The notes under the pieces are model-generated. The model saw only the letters and a program-made list of their open reading frames with translations. It did not search any database and had not been told where the DNA came from. Position numbers and translations under genes: made by a program. Shown here one piece after another: positions 30,903-40,055 of a DNA stretch of 64,000 bases (the first letter of the stretch is position 1; every line of letters begins with the position of its first letter). The DNA is from Kofleriaceae bacterium (lineage in GTDB: Bacteria > Myxococcota_A > Polyangia > Haliangiales > Haliangiaceae), in assembly GCA_965215005.1 (NCBI GenBank), contig CBDCCZ010000006.1:160001-224000 (forward strand), given 5' to 3'.

Positions 30903-31862
30903 ATGAAGCGCCGCGCCAAGCGCATCGGCGGCCTGCTTTGGGACGCGGGCAACCGCTTTCAGGAAGATCGCGCCAACCTCCTGAGCGGCGCGATCGCCTT
31001 TTACACGATGCTGTCGCTGGCGCCGGTGCTAGTCATTGCGGTTTCGGTGGCCGGAGTGGTGTTCGGCGACCGGGCGGTTCAGCGCGAAGTTCTACAGCTG
31101 GTTCGCAGCTCCCTAGGCAAGGACGCCGCCGAGCTAGTCGCGATGGCCATGGACCACGCCGCAGTCGATGCCTCCGGTTGGGCGCTTCTACTCGGCATCG
31201 GTCTCACGTTCTTCGGCGCCTCGCGGATGTTCATCAAGCTTCAGGAAGCACTCAATTCCCTGTGGGGCATCCGCGATACGGTAGAGAGCTTCAGCGTGCG
31301 CGGGTTTCTCGGTCCGCTGTTTCGCAAGCGACTCCTGGCCTTCGGCACCATCCTCATCGTTGGTGTGCTTATCGCGGCGTTACTTCTCGCCAAGCTCATC
31401 ATCGCGGGGCTCGATCAAGTGGCGAGCCAGCAACTGCCTTCACTCACCATCCTCTGGCGACTTCTAGAGCTCGCAGTCTCGATTGCCCTCACCACAGTGA
31501 TGTTCGGGATCGTGTTCAAGTTCTTCCCCGACGTCGAAATACCGTGGAACGCGGTGTGGGTTGGAGCAGGAACCACGGCTGTTCTATTCAATCTCGGGTT
31601 GGTAATCGTTTCCGCCTACTTCGGCTACGGCACCACCAGCAGTCTCCCCGGCGCAGCGGGAACGCTCATGGCGATGCTGTTATGGATCTACTACTCCGCC
31701 AATGTCTTCTTCTTTGGTGTCGAGCTGAGCCGAGCGTGGCTCGAGAGGCGCGGCGAGCACGCGGTACCCGAAGACCACGTGGCGGTGCAACAGCACGGTC
31801 CTATTCTCCGCAGTGAAGAACCCGAGGCAGCCTCAATCGAGTCCGACGAGGCCGCCAGCTGA
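30903..31862 (+). CDS. YihY/BrkB family membrane protein
   Basis: AIAFYTMLSLAP, LQEALNSLWG, MLLWIYYSA..FFFGVE. Confidence 0.9.
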   Translation: MKRRAKRIGGLLWDAGNRFQEDRANLLSGAIAFYTMLSLAPVLVIAVSVAGVVFGDRAVQREVLQLVRSSLGKDAAELVAMAMDHAAVDASGWALLLGIGLTFFGASRMFIKLQEALNSLWGIRDTVESFSVRGFLGPLFRKRLLAFGTILIVGVLIAALLLAKLIIAGLDQVASQQLPSLTILWRLLELAVSIALTTVMFGIVFKFFPDVEIPWNAVWVGAGTTAVLFNLGLVIVSAYFGYGTTSSLPGAAGTLMAMLLWIYYSANVFFFGVELSRAWLERRGEHAVPEDHVAVQQHGPILRSEEPEAASIESDEAAS

Positions 31863-31897
31863 TCCATCGAGGCGCTTCGCATCCTCCCACGCAAGCC

Positions 31898-32467
31898 TCA
31901 GCTTGCGCGTGCTGCGCTGCTCGCCTCGCCTTCGGCCAGCATTTGTACGAGTGCCAAGGTGAAGGCGCCGAGGTCATCAGGCTTCCGACTGGTGATGAAG
32001 TTCTTATCCACCACCACCTTCTCATCCACCCACGAGGCGCCCGCGTTCTCGAGATCTGTTTTGATGGAGGGAAAGGAGGTCATGCGCCGACCGCGAACCG
32101 CGTCCGCTTCCACCAGCGTCCAGGGGCCGTGACAAATCGCCGCAATGGGCTTTTCCGCGTCCACGAAACCACCGATGAAGCGAATGGCCGCTTCGTCGAT
32201 TCTGAGGTTGTCGGGGTTCATCTGGCCGCCAGGTAGCACCAGCGCATCGAAATCGTCTGCACGCGCCTCAGACAGCGGCAGGTCTACGGGGAACGCATCC
32301 CCCCAATCCGTGTGCTGCCAGCCCTTCACGGCGCCTTCCACAGGCGAGACAATCGTAGCTGTCGCGCCTTCGGCCTCGAGCTTCTTCTTCGGCTCCTCTA
32401 GCTCGCTTTGTTCAAAACCGTTGGCGACTAGGATGGCGACCTTTTTTCCTTCGAGTCGTTTACTCAT
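31898..32467 (-). CDS. pfpI: PfpI/YhbO (DJ-1 family) glyoxalase/protease
   Basis: GFEQSEL, LVLPGG..NPD.LR, AICHGPW, TSRKPDD; AGGAGG SD. Confidence 0.92.
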   Translation of the reverse strand: MSKRLEGKKVAILVANGFEQSELEEPKKKLEAEGATATIVSPVEGAVKGWQHTDWGDAFPVDLPLSEARADDFDALVLPGGQMNPDNLRIDEAAIRFIGGFVDAEKPIAAICHGPWTLVEADAVRGRRMTSFPSIKTDLENAGASWVDEKVVVDKNFITSRKPDDLGAFTLALVQMLAEGEASSAARAS

Positions 32468-32493
32468 GGGATACCTCCTTCTCCGCATGCGGA

Positions 32494-32509
32494 TGCACCC
32501 CACGTGCCG
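32494..32509 (-). promoter_or_regulatory. Putative sigma54 promoter of pfpI
   Basis: CGGCACG-TGGG-GTGCA. Confidence 0.5.
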
Positions 32510-32609
32510 GCTCCTGGGCCGAACCTAGCCGCCAGCGGCGTAGACATCGAATCGAGTTAGGCGCTAATCCCCTTCGATATGAGCCTCACGCGCTGCCGCC
32601 GAGCGCAGA

Positions 32610-32640
32610 AAAGGCGTACCGCGGCAGACGGTACGCCTTT
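32610..32640. repeat. Perfect 12-bp inverted repeat with 7-nt spacer
   Basis: AAAGGCGTACCG-N7-CGGTACGCCTTT. Confidence 0.85.
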
Positions 32641-32662
32641 GTGCTCGCGTGGCACGGGCGCG

Positions 32663-32678
32663 TGGCACGGGAGATGCT
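32663..32678 (+). promoter_or_regulatory. Putative sigma54 promoter (near-leaderless) of a small ORF
   Basis: TGGCACG-GGAG-ATGCT, 13 nt before ATG 32692. Confidence 0.5.
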
Positions 32679-32691
32679 CAGCAGCCTACGA

Positions 32692-32823
32692 ATGCACGAG
32701 GACCAAAATCATCTCAGCGCGAGGCCCCAGTCCCGTAGCACCCTGCATCTCGCTATACGAGTCGGTGCAGTTCTGATCCTCGCGCTGCTGGTTCTGAGCG
32801 TGGTGGCCGGGCAGCTTCTTTAG
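32692..32823 (+). CDS. Putative 43-aa single-TM small protein
   Basis: MHEDQN...VGAVLILALLVLSVVAGQLL; supported only by promoter position and the hydrophobic tail. Confidence 0.4.
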   Translation: MHEDQNHLSARPQSRSTLHLAIRVGAVLILALLVLSVVAGQLL

Positions 32824-32846
32824 CGTCGGGCTCGCCCGGAGAGGCG

Positions 32847-33854
32847 CTAGCTAGCGCCTCGAGCCATCGCTGCCTTGTTCGCCTTGACCTCATCTAGGGT
32901 CTTCTCTGCGGCCGGGCGAAGCGTTAGCCACATGAAGTCATAGATATCGAGGAAGTCGCGCGGCTCGTAGCCCTTCTCGCGCAGCTGGTCTCGCAGGTCA
33001 GCCGCAACAGAGCACAGCTTCTCGTAACGCGGCGCACTTGGCGCGCTCGACCAGCGAAGCCGCGGAGCCAGTGCTTCAGCCTGGCGGCGAAAGCAGGATG
33101 GCCGCACGCAGACATAGCGCTCAGGCTCCATCAGCGCGGGCAACACCGTCACGAGCTGCCAGGTCGGCTTGACCTCTGCGGCGAGGAGCGCCGCGATGAA
33201 ACGCTCGAGTCGAAGCTCGAAGGCAGCCTCGTCGTGCAGTAGCTCGAAAATCGCGCTGCCAAGCGGGTCTCGACGACTCGTGGGTAGCTCGCTCAGCTCT
33301 TGGCACTGCTTCGACGTCACCAAGTCCGTAGCGGACAGAATTCGCAGCGCCAACTCAACGATGTCGCCGGGCCGTTCGGCATCGATGAGCTCGCGCAGCG
33401 CATCCGCCGCGAGAAGCTCGCGGGTCCGGGCAGCAGCAGGCTCGCGATGCCGCTTTAACGTCTTGGAGGAACCAAGACCTCGGCGTCGCCGCGACCACCG
33501 CGGGCCCTCGAAACCCTTCTCGAAGAGATGATCGAAGATGAGACGCTGATCGGCCAAGCTCATGCTGCGCGCGCGGCGCTCGGCAGCTTCTTCACCGCCC
33601 ACGCTTGCTGCGCTGTGGGTCTCGATCGCTGCACGTCGCTGTAGCCCTTGCACCACGGTGTCCGCGTTGCCAGGCGCGGCATCGACCTCATCCATCAAGT
33701 GATAGAAGCCCTGCGCGAAAATCCGCAGCTTGCCGTCTTCGAACTGAAACGCGCGTCGGCCCTCGCCTTCCCAAGCCAGCACCGCGAACCCCCATTCCGG
33801 CCGCTTGGCATGTTGAAAAAGCTGACTGTCATCTTGTGTCGTCGTAGTGTCCAT
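32847..33854 (-). CDS. Hypothetical protein (335 aa)
   Basis: Long ORF with GAGGAGG SD; beta-rich N-terminal domain (HAKRPEWG) and helical C-terminal domain ending PRDFLDIYDFMW. Confidence 0.8.
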   Translation of the reverse strand: MDTTTTQDDSQLFQHAKRPEWGFAVLAWEGEGRRAFQFEDGKLRIFAQGFYHLMDEVDAAPGNADTVVQGLQRRAAIETHSAASVGGEEAAERRARSMSLADQRLIFDHLFEKGFEGPRWSRRRRGLGSSKTLKRHREPAAARTRELLAADALRELIDAERPGDIVELALRILSATDLVTSKQCQELSELPTSRRDPLGSAIFELLHDEAAFELRLERFIAALLAAEVKPTWQLVTVLPALMEPERYVCVRPSCFRRQAEALAPRLRWSSAPSAPRYEKLCSVAADLRDQLREKGYEPRDFLDIYDFMWLTLRPAAEKTLDEVKANKAAMARGAS

Positions 33855-33975
33855 CGGACCTCCTCATCGTTGGGCCAACGCGCAAGCCAACGCTCACACG
33901 CGCCGCAGCAACAGCAGCTAGTGCTCGCCCTCGCATCGCTGCTGAGCAAGCCGCCACCATCACGGCAACCAGAAC

Positions 33976-34003
33976 ATTGTAATACAGAAAACGACTGTGT
34001 CAA
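33976..34003 (-). promoter_or_regulatory. Near-consensus sigma70 promoter with an overlapping palindrome
   Basis: TTGACA-N16-TACAAT; CTGTGTC-N6-GACACAG (33995-34014) overlaps the -35 box. Confidence 0.65.
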
Positions 34004-34096
34004 GGTAGACACAGCCTGGGCGAGTCAGCGCCTTCTGTTGCGGGCGCTAAATCGACGCAATACGCACGGACCTGCTACGCAGGAATCGTTCCGCAG

Positions 34097-35101
34097 CTAG
34101 GAAGGAACCATTCCGCGCGCACGAAAGTAATCAACAGCGTCGGAAATGGTGTCTTCGATCGGCCGAAACGTCGCTCCAAGCTGCTGCACCGCCTTGCGAT
34201 TGCTGTAGAAGCTCGGCTTCAGGCTGTATTCGAAGAAGCTGCGCGAGAGCATCGGCGGCGTGCCACTGCGCGCGGCGCGGGCCTCCATGGCAATAGAGAT
34301 TCCGCGCGCCACCGTGACCGGCAACTTGACCAGACGCCGAGGCCGTCGCCCCGGCTGTGCAACCACTGCTTCGATGCGGGTGATTAGCTCGCGATTGCTG
34401 AGATTGTGCGCGGTGGCGAGGTATCGCTCTTTGGCGCGCCCCGAGGTGGCGGCGAGCACGTGGACCGCTGCGGCGTCGCGAACGTCGACGTAGCTCGCGC
34501 CGCCGTCGAAATAGACGCCAGGACCGCCGCTCAGCGCATTGATGATCAACTTACCTGACGGAGTCGGACGCAGATCGCCGGGGCCGAACACGATACCCGG
34601 ACAGACGATGCGGACGTCGAGATCCCACGTCGCGAAATATTCAGCGAGCTCGCGGCTGAAAAACTTTGAGCGGCTGTACGGGAAATCCAACGCCCATGAC
34701 TCGTAGGCAGTGGTCTCATCGCCGAGCTCCCCTGGCTCGGGGCGCCCCAGCGATACGATGCTGGCGGTGTAGACCACCCGCTCGACCTTGGCGCGTCGAG
34801 CTGCTTCGAGCACGTTGAACGTACCCCGCAGATTGACGTCGTACATCTTGCTCGGGTCGGGAGCCCAATCGGCATAGATTGCCGCGGCGTGAAAGACGGT
34901 ATCCACGCCGGCCGTGGCGCCCTCAACGGCCTCACGCGACAGAATATCGCCTTCTAAGATTTCGACTTCTAAGCCGCTGAGATTCTCTCGGGACTCGCCA
35001 GGCTGCGCCAGAACCCGGACTCTCGTACCGCGGGTGCGCAGCTCCTTGACGATCGAGCTGCCGAGAAATCCACAACCGCCAGTGACCAATGCGTGTTCCA
35101 C
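34097..35101 (-). CDS. NAD-dependent epimerase/dehydratase (DFR/HpnA-like extended SDR)
   Basis: TGGCGFLG, FHAAA, YSRSK, PTPSG, VDVRD. Confidence 0.88.
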   Translation of the reverse strand: MEHALVTGGCGFLGSSIVKELRTRGTRVRVLAQPGESRENLSGLEVEILEGDILSREAVEGATAGVDTVFHAAAIYADWAPDPSKMYDVNLRGTFNVLEAARRAKVERVVYTASIVSLGRPEPGELGDETTAYESWALDFPYSRSKFFSRELAEYFATWDLDVRIVCPGIVFGPGDLRPTPSGKLIINALSGGPGVYFDGGASYVDVRDAAAVHVLAATSGRAKERYLATAHNLSNRELITRIEAVVAQPGRRPRRLVKLPVTVARGISIAMEARAARSGTPPMLSRSFFEYSLKPSFYSNRKAVQQLGATFRPIEDTISDAVDYFRARGMVPS

Positions 35102-35201
35102 CCCCGGAGCCTACACGAGATAGCTACGCCCGTTGTTCGTTAGACGCGCGAAGAGCGGCGCCGCGGGGCGCCGCTAAGCGCCCACAGCGCCCCCGAAGCG
35201 A

Positions 35202-36257
35202 TCAAACGCGAAAAATGGCAGAGCCCCAGGTGAAGCCGGCGCCAAACACGGTGGACAAGATGCGGTCGCCTTTCTTCACTTTGCCCTGCTTGCGCCAGTA
35301 ATCGATGGTGAGCGGAACGGTGGCTGCCGTGGTGTTCCCGTAGAACTCGATGGTGTTTAACACCTTCTTTTCGGGGATTTCCGCGACCTCTGCGACCTTC
35401 TGGTTGATGCGCAGGTTGGCCTGATGCGGCACGAACCAGTCGATGTCGTCCCACGTGAGCCCTGTCTGCGCGAGGGCCTTGTTGGTAGAGATGACCATGT
35501 TGCGCACTGCCTGCAAAAACACCCGCTTGCCGTCCATTTGCGGGTACTTGATGATGTTCTCGTCTTTGTTGCGAGCGTCGTAGCCGATGTACGGCAGCTT
35601 GTGAATTTCGAATGCCTTCAGATACAGATACATCGCGCCCTGACCATCTGCTTTGCAGTCGGTGTAGAGCACTCCATCGTGCGGATCTTCGGTGTCTTTG
35701 CCCCCGAGAATCATGGCACCTGCACCGTCACCGAACAGCACCGTCACGTCGCGACCGCGGGTAGCGAACTCGAGCGAGTGGCTATGCAGCTCGGCACCCA
35801 CCAACAAGATGCGCTGATACAGACCGGTGCGGATGAAGGCATCGGCCATTTGCAAGCCATATACGAATCCCGAACACTGCTGACGAATATCGTAACAAGC
35901 GCAGTTGAGGTCTGCGATCCCTAACTTGGTCTGTAGGAAGACGCCTGAGCCTGGAAAATGAATATCCGGCGAGAGGGTGGCGAAAATAATGCAGTCCACG
36001 TCTTTGGCTGCGACGCCGGCATCGTCGAGAGCAGCGCGAGCCGCCGCCAGACCGAGGTCACTACAGGCCAGAGACTCGTCGTTGGGAACGTAGCGACGCT
36101 CGCGGATGCCACTGCGGGCTTGAATCCACTCGTCGCTGGTGTCGGTTTGCTGCTCCGCGCAACGCTCGTGGCGGTCGTTGAGAAACCGAATTTCATCATT
36201 GGTTACGACCCGCTCGGGTACGTAGGAGCCAATACCGAGGACCTGAGTGCGAATCAT
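35202..36257 (-). CDS. fabH: 3-oxoacyl-ACP synthase III family protein
   Basis: Cys-His-Asn triad (QCSGF, PHQAN, YGNT), LFGDGAGA, FGAGFTWG. Confidence 0.9.
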   Translation of the reverse strand: MIRTQVLGIGSYVPERVVTNDEIRFLNDRHERCAEQQTDTSDEWIQARSGIRERRYVPNDESLACSDLGLAAARAALDDAGVAAKDVDCIIFATLSPDIHFPGSGVFLQTKLGIADLNCACYDIRQQCSGFVYGLQMADAFIRTGLYQRILLVGAELHSHSLEFATRGRDVTVLFGDGAGAMILGGKDTEDPHDGVLYTDCKADGQGAMYLYLKAFEIHKLPYIGYDARNKDENIIKYPQMDGKRVFLQAVRNMVISTNKALAQTGLTWDDIDWFVPHQANLRINQKVAEVAEIPEKKVLNTIEFYGNTTAATVPLTIDYWRKQGKVKKGDRILSTVFGAGFTWGSAIFRV

Positions 36258-36487
36258 GCGTGTCTCCTTCGCGGCGGTGACGCCTGGCGGCTACCTTTAC
36301 CGCGCTCCGCCGCGAAACCCAAGCGCCTTGCAGGCGGAGGTGGGCAACGGCGGGCGCAGCCGACCCACCGAGCTCGGAAAGTCGCCACGCCCACCGTTGC
36401 GGCACCCAAGCCGACGCCCTATGAAGAAGAGATGGGCCGTGTCGCGAAGCCTCGCCTCGCTTTCGCTGATGAAGGACGCCGTGCTAC

Positions 36488-37180
36488 GTGAGCCGCGGTG
36501 CAGGTAAACCAACGTTGGCCGCTACCTGTAGCCGCGGCGTTTGCGCCTCGACGAGCACGGGGCAAACCGCCGCCTTGGCCGACGCGATGCGTCTAGCAAC
36601 CGCCGCACATCACGCGCGCGCCGAACGAGCCGGCTTAATGCATCGCATCCTGCATCGGTCGTTCTCCGCGGCCGAATACGCGCGCCTGCTCGCTTCGCTG
36701 CTGCCCGTGTATCAGTCGCTCGAGGTCGGCCTGGCGACACATCACGCGCTATTCCCTGCGCTGCCGCTATCGCGGCTCGCGCGTAGCGCCGGTCTCGCTG
36801 CCGACTTGGCGTTCTTTGCGCGCCGCGTCGGCCGGCCCGCGCTCCCAGCAGCTACGGCCAAAGGCTATGCGGCATGCATCGACGATATCGCCGCCACTGA
36901 GCCAGCGCTGCTGCTCGCCCACGCGTACGTGCGGTTTCTCGGCGACGTCTCTGGCGGCCAAATCCTTGGCAGTGTCGTCGCGGATCATCTCGAGCTACCC
37001 GACCGTCAAGGCCTGCAATTCTATCGGTTCGATGATCCCGCCGGGTTGCGCGTCGAGCTGCGCGACGCGGTGCAGCACGCGCCTGTAGACGCTTCGCTGC
37101 ACGCCGCGCTATGCGCGGAGGCCGAGCGGGCGTTCGAGCTCAACATCGCGATGTTCGTCGAGCTCGATACCCACACGTGA
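36488..37180 (+). CDS. Biliverdin-producing heme oxygenase (start uncertain)
   Basis: T...H..AE proximal His helix, AHAYVRFLGDVSGGQIL, EA..AF.LN. Confidence 0.85.
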   Translation: MSRGAGKPTLAATCSRGVCASTSTGQTAALADAMRLATAAHHARAERAGLMHRILHRSFSAAEYARLLASLLPVYQSLEVGLATHHALFPALPLSRLARSAGLAADLAFFARRVGRPALPAATAKGYAACIDDIAATEPALLLAHAYVRFLGDVSGGQILGSVVADHLELPDRQGLQFYRFDDPAGLRVELRDAVQHAPVDASLHAALCAEAERAFELNIAMFVELDTHT

Positions 37181-37225
37181 CGGCGCAGCTGCGGCCACAG
37201 CCGTTGGCGCCGCGCAATGCGCTGC

Positions 37226-38191
37226 TCAGCTTTGGGGCAACGGCATGAACTGCAGCTCGTTGCCGTTGAACGAAGGGATCAGCAGATGATTGCGCTTGTC
37301 GTCGAAGCCGATATCGGCTGGCGACTCGATATTCTCGGCAATGGGAGTGAATTCTTCCCCTGGCCGCCCCGCATATACCGCCTTGCCCTCCCAGCTCGAG
37401 ATCGCGATCCGACCATCCGGCAGCGCCACGATCCCGTCGAGACTGCCGGCCGGAAGCGTGGTGACGTTCGTTGGCTTGCCGTCAACCAACTGGTAAAGCT
37501 CATTTGCGCCCATGGTGACGACCCAGACCTGATCGTCCACGACCAAGATGCCGTTTGGGCCTTTTAGCTGTTTGCCCTGCGCTAGGGTGGTGAGCTTTCC
37601 GTCTTGGATCTTATAGATCCCCTGATGCCCCGTAGGCTTTAGTCCGCCTTCGGATGGCTCGAGGCCGCTATCGGTGACATAGACCGTATCTCCGGCGGCG
37701 AATACGTCATTGACGAACGTCGCTTTGGGAATCTTGACCTCTCCCTTGGCCGCGCCGGTCTTCGTATCGAACATTCGCACTCGATCGAGGTCGCCGACGT
37801 AGAGAGTATCGCCTGCCACCGCTAGCCCCTTGGGTGCGTTGAGCGTGACGCCAGCCTTGCCACTCTCGATCCATCCACGTTCGATGACCTTGCCCTCAGG
37901 TGACACTTTCGCGATGAAGCCCTTGCCGTCTGCCTCATACGGCACGCCGTCTATGTTGCTCACGTAATACACATCGGCAGCGGCGTCGTAGGTGACCGAC
38001 TCCGGCGTCGCGAGCTGCGCGTCCGCACCAACGACGATGGGTCCGGCAGGCTCTTCGGCAACCGCCTCGGGCGGTAGCTCCGCCGGCTCGGGCGCGACCG
38101 GCTCCCTCGGCGCTTCGACCATGGGCTCATCCTTCTTGCACCCGAGGAGACTCACCAACACGCACGGCACGATCCATCGCGGTTTGTTCAT
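37226..38191 (-). CDS. SMP-30/gluconolactonase-like beta-propeller lipoprotein
   Basis: Lipobox LLGC; TPES, NAPKG, FVND, PNG, LDG, PADIG. Confidence 0.8.
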   Translation of the reverse strand: MNKPRWIVPCVLVSLLGCKKDEPMVEAPREPVAPEPAELPPEAVAEEPAGPIVVGADAQLATPESVTYDAAADVYYVSNIDGVPYEADGKGFIAKVSPEGKVIERGWIESGKAGVTLNAPKGLAVAGDTLYVGDLDRVRMFDTKTGAAKGEVKIPKATFVNDVFAAGDTVYVTDSGLEPSEGGLKPTGHQGIYKIQDGKLTTLAQGKQLKGPNGILVVDDQVWVVTMGANELYQLVDGKPTNVTTLPAGSLDGIVALPDGRIAISSWEGKAVYAGRPGEEFTPIAENIESPADIGFDDKRNHLLIPSFNGNELQFMPLPQS

Positions 38192-38425
38192 GAACGCGAA
38201 CGTACGCCGCTGTGTGACCCCGTTCAACCGTGTGGGACGAGCTTCCCTAGCGCTTGAGCCACAGGCAATGGCTCGGCGATGGTTTTCAGCGCCGCGGCGC
38301 GAAAGTCGACGTGACACGTCCAAAAGCAGAACGCGTTGCTTTGACCAAAATCGTTCAGCTTACAGCAACTTCGCGCAACCCGATAGGGGCTTGCAAAGCC
38401 GACAATTTCCGGTCATCGAGTGGCT

Positions 38426-39340
38426 ATGTCCCGCGAGGTCGTCGCCGCTTACCTAACTGCCGTGGTCGCCATTGGCGGCCTATCACTCCTGCTCAGTTTG
38501 CGCTGGCTAGGACGGGCAACCCGTGTGCGTTTGCTGCGGTTCGGCGCCCGCCGCCGCATTGAGTCGGTGAGCCCATCCGAGACCCATCCGGGAGGCATCG
38601 CCCTCGAGCGACGACGGGGCGTCCAGAACATCCAACGCACCGCCACCGTGGCGCGGCGGCTGCTGATCCCGGTGATCATCGCTATCACCGCAATATTTGC
38701 TGCAGTGCCGTTTCTCACGCAGGTACCCGCAGCGCTGCTGTCGCTGCTCGTCGCCATGGGAGCCGTGCTGCTGGGCATCGCCGCGCGCCCGGCGGTAGAA
38801 AACGCCGTCGCTGGGCTGGTCATCGCGCTATCGCGACACATCAACATCGGCGACACCGTTCGCATCGATGACTGGTACGGCACCATCGAAGATATCTCGC
38901 TCACTCACACCACGGTCAAGGTGTGGGATTGTCGGCGCTATCTGCTACCGAATACGCAAGTGCTGCAAACACGCATTCTCAAGTACACCCATCCAGATAG
39001 TCAGCTCTGGGCGACCATCGAGTTTTGGGTTTCCTACGATGCCGACATCGATCAAGTGACCTCCCTGGCGCAAGCTGCGGCGAAGAAGAGTCTGCACTGC
39101 AACGTTCGCGAGGAAATTGGCTGTTGGGTGATGGAAATGGCGCGCGAAGGCGTCAAGCTGTGGCTTGCAGCGTGGGCCGACTCGCCTTCAGCGGCTTGGA
39201 CGCTGCAAGTGGAGATGCGCACTGAGTTGGTTCGTTCTCTCAAAGCTGCGGGTATCGCCACCCACGCCTACCACCATGACCTCGCGGACCCTCCTGCCGG
39301 ACTTCGACTCGCGGCGAAGATGGGCATGCCGCAGGCGTAG
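38426..39340 (+). CDS. Small-conductance mechanosensitive channel (MscS family)
   Basis: TM helices, LGIAARPAVENAVAGL, IGDTVRI..YGTIEDI, LPN. Confidence 0.88.
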   Translation: MSREVVAAYLTAVVAIGGLSLLLSLRWLGRATRVRLLRFGARRRIESVSPSETHPGGIALERRRGVQNIQRTATVARRLLIPVIIAITAIFAAVPFLTQVPAALLSLLVAMGAVLLGIAARPAVENAVAGLVIALSRHINIGDTVRIDDWYGTIEDISLTHTTVKVWDCRRYLLPNTQVLQTRILKYTHPDSQLWATIEFWVSYDADIDQVTSLAQAAAKKSLHCNVREEIGCWVMEMAREGVKLWLAAWADSPSAAWTLQVEMRTELVRSLKAAGIATHAYHHDLADPPAGLRLAAKMGMPQA

Positions 39341-39347
39341 CGAGCTC

Positions 39348-40055
39348 CTACGCGCGGTCGCTACGGAAGCGCCGCAAGCCCGCGATGAGCGCTTCTAGCG
39401 CGGCGCGACGGAGCGTCGCTTCGCCGCCGAGCATTGCCTGGTTGAGCTCGAGCTCGATGCCCGCATAGCCCAGGTGATCGAGCTCTCGCCGAAGGTGCGT
39501 GGCAAGGCCGTCGGAGGTGCCGCGGTAGGGATAGTTGCGGCGCACCTGCAGCGCGGGGTGCAGCTCGCGCAATGCGCGTTGCCAGCCGAGACACAAGCGG
39601 CGCTCTAGCTCGCGATCGGGATCGTAGAGCAGGCCGACGTCGGCACGACGAACCCGACCGTGGAGCTCAGGCGTAAAGCTGTGGACCGCGAGGTGCGCCA
39701 CCCGCTGACCGCGATCGAGACCACGACGAATGGCCGCGGCCACCGATTGCCGGTGCGGCAGGTAATGCGTGCGCACCAGCGTCTCACGTTCTGCCGGCGA
39801 TAACGCGTCGGTAAACTCGGAGAACACCCGGCGATGGTGAAGCGAGCGGTTGAGGTCGACGAGCAGCCGCGTCGTGGTGGCGGCGATCAGCGGCGCGTCA
39901 AAGGCATCGGCGAAGCGCCGCGCGACCTTGAGAGCGCCGAGGTCGGACGCTCGATGAGTGGTCAGCAATGCCTCGGCACCGGCGAAAAGATGCTCGTAGG
40001 CCCTGGGGACGTGATTTCCGCCGTGCTCACAGCTCACCACCAGCAGCTCAAACAT
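39348..40055 (-). CDS. N-formylglutamate amidohydrolase family protein
   Basis: SCEHGGN.VP, RLLVDLNR, HSFTP, NYPY, ELELNQ. Confidence 0.88.
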   Translation of the reverse strand: MFELLVVSCEHGGNHVPRAYEHLFAGAEALLTTHRASDLGALKVARRFADAFDAPLIAATTTRLLVDLNRSLHHRRVFSEFTDALSPAERETLVRTHYLPHRQSVAAAIRRGLDRGQRVAHLAVHSFTPELHGRVRRADVGLLYDPDRELERRLCLGWQRALRELHPALQVRRNYPYRGTSDGLATHLRRELDHLGYAGIELELNQAMLGGEATLRRAALEALIAGLRRFRSDRA

